Shown: positions 39,360 to 50,396, counted from the first letter of the stretch. The stretch: DNA of 64,000 nt from Methanomicrobiales archaeon (GCA_037137755.1 JBAXJR010000002.1:1-64000), one strand, 5' to 3'. Made by a program: numbers and translations. The notes: a model not told the origin generated them from the sequence alone.

Positions 39360-39934
39360 AACAATTGGCTGTAACGAAGGCAGAAATCAAGGCAAAGGAA
39401 GCATTCACAGAAGAAATTCAACAGATGGTAGAAAGCAGGGAATTCCTGGATGAACGGGATGAATTCTCTTTGATGGTCCGGAGGTATGCGGGACAGTCCA
39501 AAACGACAGAAGACCAAGGATGGAACCTCCTGACCCGGCAGATCGTCGAGACCCTCCCGGCACACCTGAAAGAGGGGATGATCACCTGTTCCCTTGAGAA
39601 AATCAACAAGGTTGAACCGTGTCGTAATGCCGCAGATAATGACCTGGATGAACTGACTATTATTCCCGGCGACAATTTTCCATCCATTACATTCCCGACA
39701 TTTTACCCGTACCTCGATTTCATTCTCCGGGCAGGACCCGTTGATATCTGCCATATGAAAAAATACTTCAAGGTCGAAGGGTCGATGAAACTGAACGAGG
39801 CAGTACTGCAATTCGAGGGGAAAAAGGTCAGAAATGTTTCAGGTACGATCCTGGTTTCGGCTATACTATCTCTTTGCAAGGGGGATGATGCGGTAAAACT
39901 TCATGAATTTGAAAAAGAGATCGTGCTGGCATAA
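39356..39934 (+). CDS. Hypothetical protein, translationally coupled to the PKD gene
   Basis: GTGA start/stop overlap; 192 aa. Confidence 0.65.
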   Translation: MKQLAVTKAEIKAKEAFTEEIQQMVESREFLDERDEFSLMVRRYAGQSKTTEDQGWNLLTRQIVETLPAHLKEGMITCSLEKINKVEPCRNAADNDLDELTIIPGDNFPSITFPTFYPYLDFILRAGPVDICHMKKYFKVEGSMKLNEAVLQFEGKKVRNVSGTILVSAILSLCKGDDAVKLHEFEKEIVLA

Positions 39935-39947
39935 ATATCCTGCCTAA

Positions 39948-40231
39948 GTCGCCATCCTCACCGATGGAGAGGTGAATGCCAGCATGGAATTCAACCTATC
40001 GCAGATTGAATCGATGATAAAGAGCAGATTAAACAGGACCAATGTAATTTTGTCTACCTGTCCGCAGACCCGAAAGCGTTTGAGGATGCCGGAAAGATTG
40101 GGATTTCCAGGAACGATGTGGTCAGATTTGAGGCTGATACCGAAGGGATCCAGGACTGCTGCATGGAAATGAACCGGGTATGTTGTGAAATGAGGGAAGA
40201 GAACGGGTCTGTCCGCAGAAAGAGGAAATAA
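39948..40231 (+). pseudogene. C-terminal fragment of a vWA-domain protein
   Basis: VAILTDGEVNASMEF.. then frameshift to QCNFVYLSADPKAFEDAGKIGI. Confidence 0.65.
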
Positions 40232-40356
40232 AATACGGCTCTGTGGACAGGATATTCACACCCAGCCATGAAAATGGCCTTTTAAAATCTCCTTATACGG
40301 GGGTTCGTCCAGGTATTTTCAGGGGAAACCCTGCATATTAAAAAAAAGGCCGAGAT

Positions 40357-40535
40357 ACGTAGACCGGAGGGGGTTTCATAACCCCCTGCCACCCCATTAA
40401 GATATTCATTGGCAAGGGTTCAATTGGGCATTTTCAAAAAAATTTCAGGGGATTTGGAGATCATTCCCTATCCCAACCGGGGCCGCCGAAGCGGTGGGCC
40501 ATAGCCCCGGGAGCATGACTAAATTTTAGAATAAC
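40357..40535 (+). repeat. Structured intergenic repeat family 1, copy A
   Basis: GGAGGGGGTTTCATAACCCCC..AAGATATTCATTGGCAAGGGTT..TATCCCAACCGGGGCCGCCGAAGCGGTGGGCCATAGCCCCGG. Confidence 0.75.
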
Positions 40536-40759
40536 CAGAATCTGCACTATAGGCTTGAGTGAGTTTCAAAAATGCCACAGGAACTAATATTTTTGAATAT
40601 TCCCGGGGCTTTTAAGTTCCTGATTTATTCGTTATCAGACGTTTGAAGGTAACTGGAACAATCCCATTTCATGCCGGTTGTCTTTCACCCGCACGTGAAA
40701 AAGAATACGAGATTATATGAGTAGGTTTATCATTTCCCGAGTTTTTTAATCGTATAAGA

Positions 40760-43414
40760 GTGATTGTGATGGATGACCCGCCTTCAGAGGGAAATGAACG
40801 TGTTTCTGATATATTCATTGTAAGCACTGATGAAACTGTGGCAGTTCTGCTTAAGGAGCATCTGGAACAAAATGAGCATCAGGTTACCGTTTTTACCGAC
40901 GATACACAACTAACAGAAACTCTTCATGCCAGAAAACCAGACCTCCTGATCTTTGACGGAACGACAGGGGAGGGGTACGAAATCATCCGCCGGATCAAGG
41001 CTTCCGACGACCTCTGGGTTGTTCCTGTCCTAATTCTTTCCAGTGCATCTACTATGGAGGACTTCCTGCGTGTTCTTGAAATGAATGCCGACAATTTCAT
41101 CGCACCGCCCTATGATTCCCCTGATCACCTTTCACTCATTGAAGGTATGCTTACTACCCCGGTTGAAAGGCAGACACCAGAAGAAATCAAAAAGCAGTTC
41201 AGGGTCCGCCAGGATGACCATACCTATGTTATTGCCGCTACGAGCAGAAAACTCCTGGAATATCTTCTTTCATCCTTTGAGATCCTGGTTGGCAAATCAT
41301 CAGAGTTATCCTCGGTTACGTCAAAACTTGAAAAAATCTCCGAATCTGCAAGGGAGCTGGAGCAGACTGTAACCGGGCAAACCAGGGATATTGAGGTACT
41401 AACTGCGACTGTTTTAGAAAAAGAACAAAAAAGGATAGAATTGTCACGGGAGTGTGAGGAACTTAAGGAGGCGCTTACACAAAAAACAGACGAGACCAAA
41501 AAACTCTTAGAAGAATCTGATAACAAAAAAACAAGTCTTGATACCATGGAGAATGCGTTGATCGAGGAAGAAACCCTCAACGCATCCCTTGAAAAGACGA
41601 TCCGCGATCTCAAATCCGAACTCGGACAGCAAAAAAATGTATTTGCGGCTGGGAAAACACGGTTGCTGGAAGCAGAACAGGAAATTAATGCGATCAAGCA
41701 GGCAAAAGAGCAATTAGAACATGACCTGAACCAGGTGATCGCTGGGAAAAACCAGGTCAATGAGACACTAAAAGAGGATGCCCAGCAACAAGAACAAAAA
41801 ATTGCTGATTTGACCCGGGAGTATGAGGAACTCGGGAAGACGCTTTCACAAAAAACAGATGAGATCAAAAATCTCGCCGCACAATCTGTTATCCAAAAAA
41901 CGAGTCTCGAAACCTTGCAGAATAAGCTGAAAGAGGAAGAAACCCGTAGCGCATATCTTGAAAAGACGCTCCGTGACCTCACATCCGAATTCGAACTGCA
42001 ACAATCTGCATTAGTAGCAGAGAAAAACCTGTCTGTGTTGGCAGAACATGGAATTAATACGCTGGGACAGGAAAAAACGCAGGCAGAGCGTGAAATGAAT
42101 CAGATAATTATCGGGCTCAATGAATCTGTGCAACACTATGCCGGAGAGCTGACCGCTGTAAAGAATGAACTGGAAGCAGAAACCAAACGCCGGGTTCTGG
42201 CAGAAACCCTTGCAGGCGAGCACCAACGTGAATTTGAACAATCCCAGGATACATTACGTTCAGATATGGAGGCTCTCAACCGGCAGGCAGGCAACCTGCA
42301 GGAAGCGCTTGCTGTATCAGCTGCGGCGCTTGAAACCGAACGGGAACTGCGAAAGGTCTCTGAAGAAAAAACAAAAACTGCGGTCCGGCAACAGGAGGAT
42401 CTTGGAAAAAAGACCCTTAGAACCAATGAAAAGTTGGAGCGTGCAAACAAAGATCAGGCTGAGATAATCTCGCAAGTAAAAGAAGAACTCAAAACTTCCA
42501 GGAATCAGGTACAATCACTTGAAGCAGACGTCAGTGACCTTACCCAGGCAAAATCGCAAGCCCAGGTGGATGTCCGGACGCTCACCGCCGAACTCGAACG
42601 AACAAGGACAACGCTTGCTAACGAGCGGAAGGACCATTTGGAGCTTCATGAAGGGCATGCTGCTGCGGCGAAAGAACGACACCTGGTGCAACAGTCCCTC
42701 TTTTCGTCAGATGAGGAAAATTCGCCGAAAGAGAATCTGGACCTGATCGTTTTGGAAGAGCTCCACCTTCCTGTGTCTGTACCGCAGGTATCCCTGCCAG
42801 GTACCGCAAATAATACACCTGGGTTGCATCAACCCCCTGGTTCCAAAAAAGACCCGGCTTCTGCTGAATCCCTGGGGGAGACCCCCAGGATATTCTCTGG
42901 TGTAATTCCAAGGGTATCAGGGATTTCCGATGCGGACAGCCTTTTTCTGGAACCTGAACCCTTTGCAAAGAACGCGGATACTGCACCGGGAACAACAAAA
43001 GTCAACAGGCCGGCGAAAGAACAAAAAATCCCTGAATATCCACCAGAAAAATCCTCTTTGGTGAATGATGAAGAAGTGAACCAATCTTCCCGCGTTGATA
43101 CAAAACACGAAAAAAAGATAGCGGAAGGATCAGGAAGTTCTGGTAACGAAGCAGGATCCAGGCGACAATCTGGTGAAACTCAAGGAGCCGCAGGAGCCGT
43201 CCCCGGCGGCGATATCTCGCTGACCCGCAGCCAATGGCTTGACCTCCTTAAATGGGCCCGTCATTCGGAAGCAATGTCGGAGGACGAGCGGCTTAAGATT
43301 GTCAGGATGGGCAGGCTGGTCCAGAAAGATGGGAAACTGGGGAAGAAACAACAGGGCCAGGTCAGGGAGATCCTCTCATCCGCCTATGCACGTGGGTACC
43401 AATCCCAATACTAG
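40760..43414 (+). CDS. Receiver-domain protein with long coiled coil and C-terminal helical domain
   Basis: PDLLIFD, VPVLILSS, ADNFIAPPY; about 450 aa of heptad-rich sequence. Confidence 0.82.
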   Translation: MIVMDDPPSEGNERVSDIFIVSTDETVAVLLKEHLEQNEHQVTVFTDDTQLTETLHARKPDLLIFDGTTGEGYEIIRRIKASDDLWVVPVLILSSASTMEDFLRVLEMNADNFIAPPYDSPDHLSLIEGMLTTPVERQTPEEIKKQFRVRQDDHTYVIAATSRKLLEYLLSSFEILVGKSSELSSVTSKLEKISESARELEQTVTGQTRDIEVLTATVLEKEQKRIELSRECEELKEALTQKTDETKKLLEESDNKKTSLDTMENALIEEETLNASLEKTIRDLKSELGQQKNVFAAGKTRLLEAEQEINAIKQAKEQLEHDLNQVIAGKNQVNETLKEDAQQQEQKIADLTREYEELGKTLSQKTDEIKNLAAQSVIQKTSLETLQNKLKEEETRSAYLEKTLRDLTSEFELQQSALVAEKNLSVLAEHGINTLGQEKTQAEREMNQIIIGLNESVQHYAGELTAVKNELEAETKRRVLAETLAGEHQREFEQSQDTLRSDMEALNRQAGNLQEALAVSAAALETERELRKVSEEKTKTAVRQQEDLGKKTLRTNEKLERANKDQAEIISQVKEELKTSRNQVQSLEADVSDLTQAKSQAQVDVRTLTAELERTRTTLANERKDHLELHEGHAAAAKERHLVQQSLFSSDEENSPKENLDLIVLEELHLPVSVPQVSLPGTANNTPGLHQPPGSKKDPASAESLGETPRIFSGVIPRVSGISDADSLFLEPEPFAKNADTAPGTTKVNRPAKEQKIPEYPPEKSSLVNDEEVNQSSRVDTKHEKKIAEGSGSSGNEAGSRRQSGETQGAAGAVPGGDISLTRSQWLDLLKWARHSEAMSEDERLKIVRMGRLVQKDGKLGKKQQGQVREILSSAYARGYQSQY

Positions 43415-43469
43415 ATCATTTTTACGGCCCTTTAGTGGTGCTCTCAAATCTATATGGCCGGTTCAGATA

Positions 43470-43612
43470 TTCCTAACTATACCCCGCACCCGGGGTTCCG
43501 CCCCACCGCTTTGGCGACCCCGGCTGGGATGGAAGCGGGAATGGAGTTCACTATTAATTAAATGGTCCTCTAAAAACCCTTGCCCACTGAATATCGTATT
43601 GGGGGTGGTGGG
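43470..43612 (-). repeat. Structured intergenic repeat family 1, copy B (inverted)
   Basis: Reverse complement reads CCACCCCCAATACGATATTCAGTGGGCAAGGGTT..CATCCCAGCCGGGGTCGCCAAAGCGGTGGGGCGGAACCCCGG. Confidence 0.75.
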
Positions 43613-43615
43613 ATC

Positions 43616-45466
43616 TTAACCCGATCCCACCTGGTATCGGACTCCTGAAGTGTGCCAGACAACCGGGATACTGTCCTTTGATCCAAATCCTGCAATTTCC
43701 TCATCGATTCCCGAGTATGTCCCGTATGGCGGTTCGGTGTCGAGCTGCCAGTCTCCCTTGTTATAGAGTGTCGGATAATCCGACCCTGTTCCTCTCCAGT
43801 CACCAATTACCGGAGTCTGCCTTGAATTCCCGAATCCCGTGAGTGTTACATCGTTATTCCTGTCGTACACGCCATTCATATCTGTGTCGATCAGCCAGGT
43901 GCCATCAGACTGGTAAATCCACGGGTAATCCCGTTCATCCCCGGCATACCACCGGCCGGCAAATGGGATATCCCCCTTCCGGCCTCCGAAATGCTGGTAA
44001 TAGGTGTCATTTCTCCGGTCAAATTTCCCGTCCCCGTTGGTATCAAGCAACCACTCGCCGTTCCGGTAGAACCCTGCTTCATCAAGACCGTCGCCATTCC
44101 AGTCCCCTACAACGGGAACATCTCCCTTCTGGTCCCCAAACCCTGTGAAAACCATATCTGCCACACGATCTATTTTTCCGTTGCCATTACTGTCGATAAA
44201 CCAGTTCCCGTTCCTGAAAACCGCAGGGACCGTTCCTTGTCCACGTACCCAGGTCCCCGCGACCGGGATATCCCCCGCCTGACCGAACTTCTTTATTACC
44301 AGATCGTTCTTTTCGTCCAGCTTGCCATCCTTGTTGAGATCGATCATCCATTTGCCCGCCTCGAAATATCCTGCGGAATCCTTCACCGAATAGGACGTTA
44401 CTTTTTCACCAAATTTGGTTTTTATGTAATCCCATTCCATGATTGGCAGATCTGTATATGGGCTGCAGCCTTGACATTCAGCCCCCGACGGTACTTTCAG
44501 CACGGCACCATAGTTGGAGTGCATTTTCACCCGGAAAACGTTATCCGGGTGGAAAGTCGCACCGTTCGCCGTTGTTGGCCAGCTATTCAGCATCATCCAC
44601 GAGTCGCTCGCATCGTCATATCCAACGCAGAGGACCTCGTGAGAAAATGTATCCTTGTACGAACTGACGGTCTGACTGTTATATTGGTCGAAGTCAAATA
44701 CGGCATCTGCTGGCTTGAATTGCCAGAAATTATCTAAATCCTGTTTTGAAGTATTCGGAATCTGGAGCCAGAATATCACGGCTCCACCATGCAGAAGGGC
44801 AGATTTGATATTTTTAATTGCGTCATTCTGGGATACATTGGCGGTATAAATCGGGTAGGTCTCGATTGCATCGATTTTGTAATTTGGCAGTTTGGTTACC
44901 GGGGTATTCGTAATAAGAGACCACGATTTCTGTTCTGTATGGCATTCCAGGCGATAGTCCTCGTACGCGGCATTGTTATTGGACCAGGGAACGGCAAATT
45001 TTTTCGAGTTGTAAAACGCGACAAATTGATCGGGTGTCCCGCCGTTACCCGCCCAGTTGTTCCCTTTACCCCCGTTATACTGGGAGTCGAAATACTGGAC
45101 TGACAACCGCTCGAATACATCATCGCTTCTGCCGTGGTCGAGCTCCATCGCCGCGGTCCCTGCCCATACCCAGCAGGTCCCGACGTTCCCCTGGTCCCGC
45201 CCCGTTGGATTGGGAGGGATATACGGGGTAAGGTCGAGCGAAGTCATGAAATACTTGTCTTTCGAAAGCACCTTAGGGGACTTCTCGTACCATTTGAGGT
45301 GTTTTGCGTATTCTTTCTCTGAAATCTGCATCATCACCATCGTGGCCTCATCCGGGCTGATTGTGGCAGCCGCGGCCTCAGCACAAACCGGGATGAAAAC
45401 CAGGCTGAATATGGCTGCTATCATCAATGAGCAGACCAGCAATTTCTGTTGTCGGAGCATCATCAT
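43616..45466 (-). CDS. Secreted C1A (papain-like) cysteine peptidase with C-terminal FG-GAP/VCBS-like GDWxGxG repeats
   Basis: RDQGNVGTCW, LSVQ, SHEVLCVGYD, LNSW; repeats of GDIPVAG/PVVGDWNGDG. Confidence 0.88.
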   Translation of the reverse strand: MMMLRQQKLLVCSLMIAAIFSLVFIPVCAEAAAATISPDEATMVMMQISEKEYAKHLKWYEKSPKVLSKDKYFMTSLDLTPYIPPNPTGRDQGNVGTCWVWAGTAAMELDHGRSDDVFERLSVQYFDSQYNGGKGNNWAGNGGTPDQFVAFYNSKKFAVPWSNNNAAYEDYRLECHTEQKSWSLITNTPVTKLPNYKIDAIETYPIYTANVSQNDAIKNIKSALLHGGAVIFWLQIPNTSKQDLDNFWQFKPADAVFDFDQYNSQTVSSYKDTFSHEVLCVGYDDASDSWMMLNSWPTTANGATFHPDNVFRVKMHSNYGAVLKVPSGAECQGCSPYTDLPIMEWDYIKTKFGEKVTSYSVKDSAGYFEAGKWMIDLNKDGKLDEKNDLVIKKFGQAGDIPVAGTWVRGQGTVPAVFRNGNWFIDSNGNGKIDRVADMVFTGFGDQKGDVPVVGDWNGDGLDEAGFYRNGEWLLDTNGDGKFDRRNDTYYQHFGGRKGDIPFAGRWYAGDERDYPWIYQSDGTWLIDTDMNGVYDRNNDVTLTGFGNSRQTPVIGDWRGTGSDYPTLYNKGDWQLDTEPPYGTYSGIDEEIAGFGSKDSIPVVWHTSGVRYQVGSG

Positions 45467-45729
45467 CACGTAACAGGAGGTACCGGTACGAGAATGATAA
45501 TTGTTTCCCAAAAGGGATACCCGGGACAACCCGGAAGATATGAATGATTCCGGGTCTTTTTACCCAACGAAGGAAAAGATATATTAAATTAGGTGAAAAC
45601 CCTAATCCTAAAAGCAACGGGCACCCCTTACTGGCATACTGTCGGGAGCCCTTCGTAACAAATCTCTAATTTATAGGGAATCTATATATAGGCGATCAGT
45701 CCAGACTCCCCTTAGTAAATGGTGATGTA

Positions 45730-46539
45730 ATGGAATTTGGAAAACTAGTTGGAGAGTCTTTTGAATATGCAAAAGAAGGCCTCGTCGGACACTGGCTGAA
45801 ATGGATTGTACTGATTATTCTTGGTTTTTTGCCCGTGATCCCGATCATGTTTGGCGTCATTTTCGGCATAGTTTCTGCCCTGACAGCCCCGGCAATGTTA
45901 ATCCCTGTAATCGTGATAATGATAATTCTCGCTATCATTCTTGCGTTGCCACTACTCGGGTATACGGTACGGATCTACCGGGGGGAAACGCCCGCTCCTG
46001 AGGTAAATAACTGGGGATCACTGTTTGCTGACGGGTTGAAACTGTTTGTTATACTCTTAATCTACGCAATTCCCGTGATTATTCTTGTTGTTGCGCTCCT
46101 GGGAAGCGTCATCCTGGCGATGATTCCATATCTTCCGCTGCTCATGAATACAGCACAACCCATTGTGGTCCCCGATACCCTGATGGGTCTGATCGGAGCG
46201 GCCATATTCGGAGTTGTAATCATAATTCTTGTCGCAATCATCATCTGGTTGATTGAGGCAACTGCGGTTGTCCGGTTTTCACGGACCAACAGCATCGGAG
46301 AAGCATTCAATTTCGGGGAGATCTTTTCCCGTATCGGTACAATCGGCGTGGGATCGTACATCGTGGCCCTGATCATTCAGGCCCTCATTGTCTTTGTGAT
46401 TTTGTTCATTCTGGAGTTGATACCCTATATCGGATTTATCCTGGTTCTGATCGTTACACCGGTTATCATGCTGTTCCAGGCACGGTATCTCTGCCAGCTT
46501 TACAAAAGTGCTGGTGAAGAAGCACCCGTACCAGCATAA
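45730..46539 (+). CDS. DUF4013-type membrane protein
   Basis: ESFEYAK..KW, LGYTVRIYRG..PEVNNW..DGLK, EAFNF. Confidence 0.82.
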   Translation: MEFGKLVGESFEYAKEGLVGHWLKWIVLIILGFLPVIPIMFGVIFGIVSALTAPAMLIPVIVIMIILAIILALPLLGYTVRIYRGETPAPEVNNWGSLFADGLKLFVILLIYAIPVIILVVALLGSVILAMIPYLPLLMNTAQPIVVPDTLMGLIGAAIFGVVIIILVAIIIWLIEATAVVRFSRTNSIGEAFNFGEIFSRIGTIGVGSYIVALIIQALIVFVILFILELIPYIGFILVLIVTPVIMLFQARYLCQLYKSAGEEAPVPA

Positions 46540-46883
46540 TTTTTTATTTTTTTCGCCCGGTCGGATCTCTCCGGCGACGCTTTTATTTCAAAGCTTATCC
46601 CTGCCCTGATGCCACCTATACCAAGGGGATCCTGAGACCCCGATCGCACGAAGAACAGATCAAACCCTTTTATTAAACTGCATGTGGAAGATCTGGTGAT
46701 AGCAGGGGGACATTCGAGGTATAACTGGTATGCAGACAATCCGCCAGACCGTCCCAGATATACGGGCCATCACAAGGGATCGGCGGACTAAAAATAAAAA
46801 CGGGGCCCTGCTCCAAAATATGGGATAGCACCGGATCCCAACCCCGCAGGACCCGGTTTAGCAGTGCGGTATATGGAGAACCG

Positions 46884-49640
46884 ATGAAGGGACTGACAAT
46901 TTCACTGATGATATGCATGACTATTGCAACGTTGGTTGTACCCGCATTGGGGGACGCATTGCAGGACATCCCTCTTGGTGGCACGGTATTCATCGGTGAA
47001 GAAAACCTGAATTTAACGGGAATCCCGGCGGGAACTACCCTTACCTGGTATACCGGTACCCAGGTCGTGGGCCGGAGTGCCCCGTCCGCAACCATAACGA
47101 TTGGGGACAACGCCAGTTTCTATATCTCCCCCACTGAATTTGCAAGGCACACAGGAAATTGGTACATTGGGAACAGTGATCATGTAGGATTTGCCGTCAG
47201 CGACCCCTCGCAGACAATTTCAGTCTACGACCAGGTGTCTGGTAATGATATTACCAACAAGAGTGCCACATCAGGTGATTTCCTGACGTTCCGCATAGAA
47301 ACAACGTTGAATATAATCCCGGTACAGCGTCTTGGTGCGAATGGGTTCTTAACCATTAGGGTCAGGACCCCTGACGGGACCATATATACCCGGCTTTGCC
47401 AGGATGAAACCACCCTGCTTGACCTGGAAGACCTTGCACCGGATGCGATGCCGTGGTACTGGGCACCGCTTGAAAAAGGCAGCGAGGAGGGATGGTCAAC
47501 CGGCTTCCGCGGCCCGGAACATAACCTTGCGTATCCGTCTGGTGTTTATATGTTCTGGACAGAATCCAACCTGAACGGAATGAAGGACAATTATAAAGAT
47601 GCATCAGGCAGTGATTTCACCGGAAGGACTGTCTCTGCAGTCCACAACGTCACAATTGAATCCAATACGGTCCATATTGAGGTCAGCAATGAAACGGTCA
47701 TCCAGGGTGATGCATTTAGTGTGACCATCACCGGGAAGCCGGATAGCGCCTATTATCTCTGGGTTGAGGACACGAGTTCTCTGAGTGGTATGGTTGGAGA
47801 CCAGCCCCCAAGCCTCCTTCTTTCTCAGGACGGTGTCAGGATGGACCCGAAAGGTGGGCCATGGCCAATCGGTCAGTATGTTTTTGAGGGCTCAACAAAA
47901 TCGATCCAGCAGAACGTCGCACAGTTTTATGGCCGTGACAATGTATGGGGTGTAGTATACTATGCTTCAGTTACCCTCGACCGCAACGGCAACCGCACCA
48001 TTGGGTTTTCAACCACGTCGAAGACCAAAGACCAGGATTATACCATACGTGTAGAGCGTCCGGACCCGTACGACCCACCGGCATCAGATACCGGCCCGGG
48101 CAGGACGTTCAGGACAGATGAAGCCGATATTTCTGTTGAAAAAGGAGAAGTGGAAGTGGAAAGCCAGTCTACTGTGCGAGGTGCCCGGACCTACTACCTC
48201 GGCGAAGAGATCACCCTTCTCGGCACGAGCTCTGGATCAAACTTCACCTACCTGTTCATCACCGGCCCGAACCTCCCAAAAAACGGTGGGCAGATGACCG
48301 AACCCGGATCTCCGGTCGATGTGGATAATCCCGAAACCTTTGCCAGGGCGGAGGTTATTAAAAAAGAATGGGAATACCTCTGGCAGACCGCTAACCTCAA
48401 CATGGATACGGGGGCCTACACCATCTACGCAGTTGCAGATCCGGTCGACAAGGCATACCTCACCTCTACAGAGTATTCAACCGTATCAGTCATTATAAAG
48501 AAACCATTCATCAGTGCACAGGTGTCACCGTCTGTCGCAGCATCGGGTGACACGTTGTTTATCCGTGGCATTGCTGCGGGCCAGCCGGAGAATGGTGTCG
48601 CGGTCTGGATATTCGGAAAGAACAGGGTGATCTACCAGACCCCTGGTGTCAATAGTGATGGTACATTCGAGCAGGAGATCTCCCAGGGCACAACGACGGA
48701 CATGGCAGCAGGCCAGTATTTTGTCGTCGTTCAGCACCCGATGTATAACGAAGTATTCGACGTCTGGCCCACTTCCCTGGTGGCAGGTTATAACAACAAA
48801 GACCTTGTAGCGGGCAGCTACCCGGTATATGGGAACCCCCTGTTCCGGTTACAGGGTGAAGGCAGCCTTCAGGGGTCCGATGCCGCAGATGCGCTCGTGA
48901 ATGCACTCAACAATCCGGGTATTGATGATATTTACGCGACGCTCCAGTTCCTCGTTGAAGTCCCCCAGATCACTATTCAAGCGGTAGGTGAGAAACAGGT
49001 TGGCGACAAGTTCACCCTCACGGGTACTACGAATCTTGCAATCGACGATACAATCCTCGTTGAGGTTATTTCCTCGTCTTTTAAGCCAACCACAAAGACA
49101 GAGAGTGGGGAATTCAGCGGTGTATCCGGGACTGTAACGGTCCGGAAGGGGATCGATGGCCTTAACAGGTGGTCATTCCCCATCGATGCAGCGGCATTCC
49201 GGCCCGATGAATACATTGTTTCGGTATCCGGTATCACTGTCGATGCACAGGCATCAACCCGGTTCAGTGTTGTCGAGTACAACCCGGCAACACACAGGGC
49301 AATGACTCCAGATGAGGAGGGCCTGACTGAACCAGACCCCTTGATCAACGATACAACACCTGCGGACTCAACAACGGGTGATGAGATCCCAGGTGTGGGT
49401 TCAAATAAAATCAGTGTCAGTTCAAAGGAATCACGCCTCGTCAGTACTATCGGGTCCAAATCGACACCTGCCCCTGCCACCGTGATAACCTCTTCGCCGG
49501 TCATCATCGCAACTACTACCGTTATACCCGCAAAGAATACCGTCCCTACGACAAGGCCTACAATTCAGCCAGGATTTGGCGCCCTGGTTACCCTGATAAG
49601 TCTCGGTATTGCAGCATTCCACGTCGTTAGGAAGCATTAA
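46884..49640 (+). CDS. Methanomicrobiales S-layer-type glycoprotein (DUF3821 N-terminus, PGF-CTERM)
   Basis: GGTVFIGEENL, SNLNGMKDNY, YFVVVQHPMYN, LQGSDAADAL, C-terminal QPGFG + TM + RKH. Confidence 0.88.
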   Translation: MKGLTISLMICMTIATLVVPALGDALQDIPLGGTVFIGEENLNLTGIPAGTTLTWYTGTQVVGRSAPSATITIGDNASFYISPTEFARHTGNWYIGNSDHVGFAVSDPSQTISVYDQVSGNDITNKSATSGDFLTFRIETTLNIIPVQRLGANGFLTIRVRTPDGTIYTRLCQDETTLLDLEDLAPDAMPWYWAPLEKGSEEGWSTGFRGPEHNLAYPSGVYMFWTESNLNGMKDNYKDASGSDFTGRTVSAVHNVTIESNTVHIEVSNETVIQGDAFSVTITGKPDSAYYLWVEDTSSLSGMVGDQPPSLLLSQDGVRMDPKGGPWPIGQYVFEGSTKSIQQNVAQFYGRDNVWGVVYYASVTLDRNGNRTIGFSTTSKTKDQDYTIRVERPDPYDPPASDTGPGRTFRTDEADISVEKGEVEVESQSTVRGARTYYLGEEITLLGTSSGSNFTYLFITGPNLPKNGGQMTEPGSPVDVDNPETFARAEVIKKEWEYLWQTANLNMDTGAYTIYAVADPVDKAYLTSTEYSTVSVIIKKPFISAQVSPSVAASGDTLFIRGIAAGQPENGVAVWIFGKNRVIYQTPGVNSDGTFEQEISQGTTTDMAAGQYFVVVQHPMYNEVFDVWPTSLVAGYNNKDLVAGSYPVYGNPLFRLQGEGSLQGSDAADALVNALNNPGIDDIYATLQFLVEVPQITIQAVGEKQVGDKFTLTGTTNLAIDDTILVEVISSSFKPTTKTESGEFSGVSGTVTVRKGIDGLNRWSFPIDAAAFRPDEYIVSVSGITVDAQASTRFSVVEYNPATHRAMTPDEEGLTEPDPLINDTTPADSTTGDEIPGVGSNKISVSSKESRLVSTIGSKSTPAPATVITSSPVIIATTTVIPAKNTVPTTRPTIQPGFGALVTLISLGIAAFHVVRKH

Positions 49641-49775
49641 AGATAAATTTCGGGCAGGGTTTACCGAAGGCCAATTAAAGGAAGAGTTTTTTTGGGGGAT
49701 GTCTCTATCCCAACCTGGGTCTCCACAGCGGAGTGGCATGTGCCCCTGGAGCGTTGGAAAATTAAGGTATAGTCC
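49637..49775 (+). repeat. Structured intergenic repeat family 1, copy C (degenerate)
   Basis: AAAGATAAATTTCGGGCAGGGTT..CTATCCCAACCTGGGTCTCCACAGCGG..GCCCCTGGAGC. Confidence 0.6.
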
Positions 49776-49954
49776 GAATTAGGTAAGAATTTATTAGAGC
49801 ATTTCTTCAGAGCCAATATTTCGGCTATTTTTTTAAGAGTTACGGTATACTTCGTGATAATGTTATGAGAATATTAGATATCAGCAGTATTTTTTTCAAC
49901 CATATTTCGATAAATCGGAAACCTATAATAGTCCTATTACTACAACAATCAATA

Positions 49955-50167
49955 ATGGTCTTTGTTGATAACAGAGGGTTGATCTTTTATTCGCTCATAT
50001 CACTTGTGGCATTTTTATGGTCGGCATTTGTTTATCAGGAGGGAATATGGTCTTTGATCAGTTTTATTGTCACCGCTAGTGTGCTTCTCGTTTCTGCAAT
50101 GCTCCTCATTTTTCTTTTATGGGAGATCCGGAGGGCCGCGACGAAAAAAACTATTGAGTTGCGGTAA
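49955..50167 (+). CDS. Small two-TM membrane protein
   Basis: Hydrophobic 70-aa ORF downstream of a TATA-like CTATAATA. Confidence 0.5.
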   Translation: MVFVDNRGLIFYSLISLVAFLWSAFVYQEGIWSLISFIVTASVLLVSAMLLIFLLWEIRRAATKKTIELR

Positions 50168-50396
50168 TTTTTGCCATGAAAATTTTAGATCCAACAAGGC
50201 AATGTGTAAAAAATGGCCTTTCAAATTTTCATTGCTTTGGAGCGAAGCCATCTGGCTTCATGCAAGTTTTTTTAAAAATTTGAAAATTAAATTTTCGGCT
50301 AGCCATCCGATACGAGCATTTTGCGATTTGATTAACTATATTGGTTGATATTAACTCTTAAAAGGAACATAAAAATAGTTGGAAATTCCAGGCAGC

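Noticed and set aside
40427-40576. Possible MITE with GGCATTTT/AAAATGCC terminal inverted repeats
   Set aside because: Only 8 bp of perfect match, no clear target-site duplication, and the repeat homology extends beyond these ends.
46545-46700. GC-rich intergenic segment resembling another dispersed repeat (CCGATCGCAC core)
   Set aside because: Only a short match to family 2 and no second full copy within the window.
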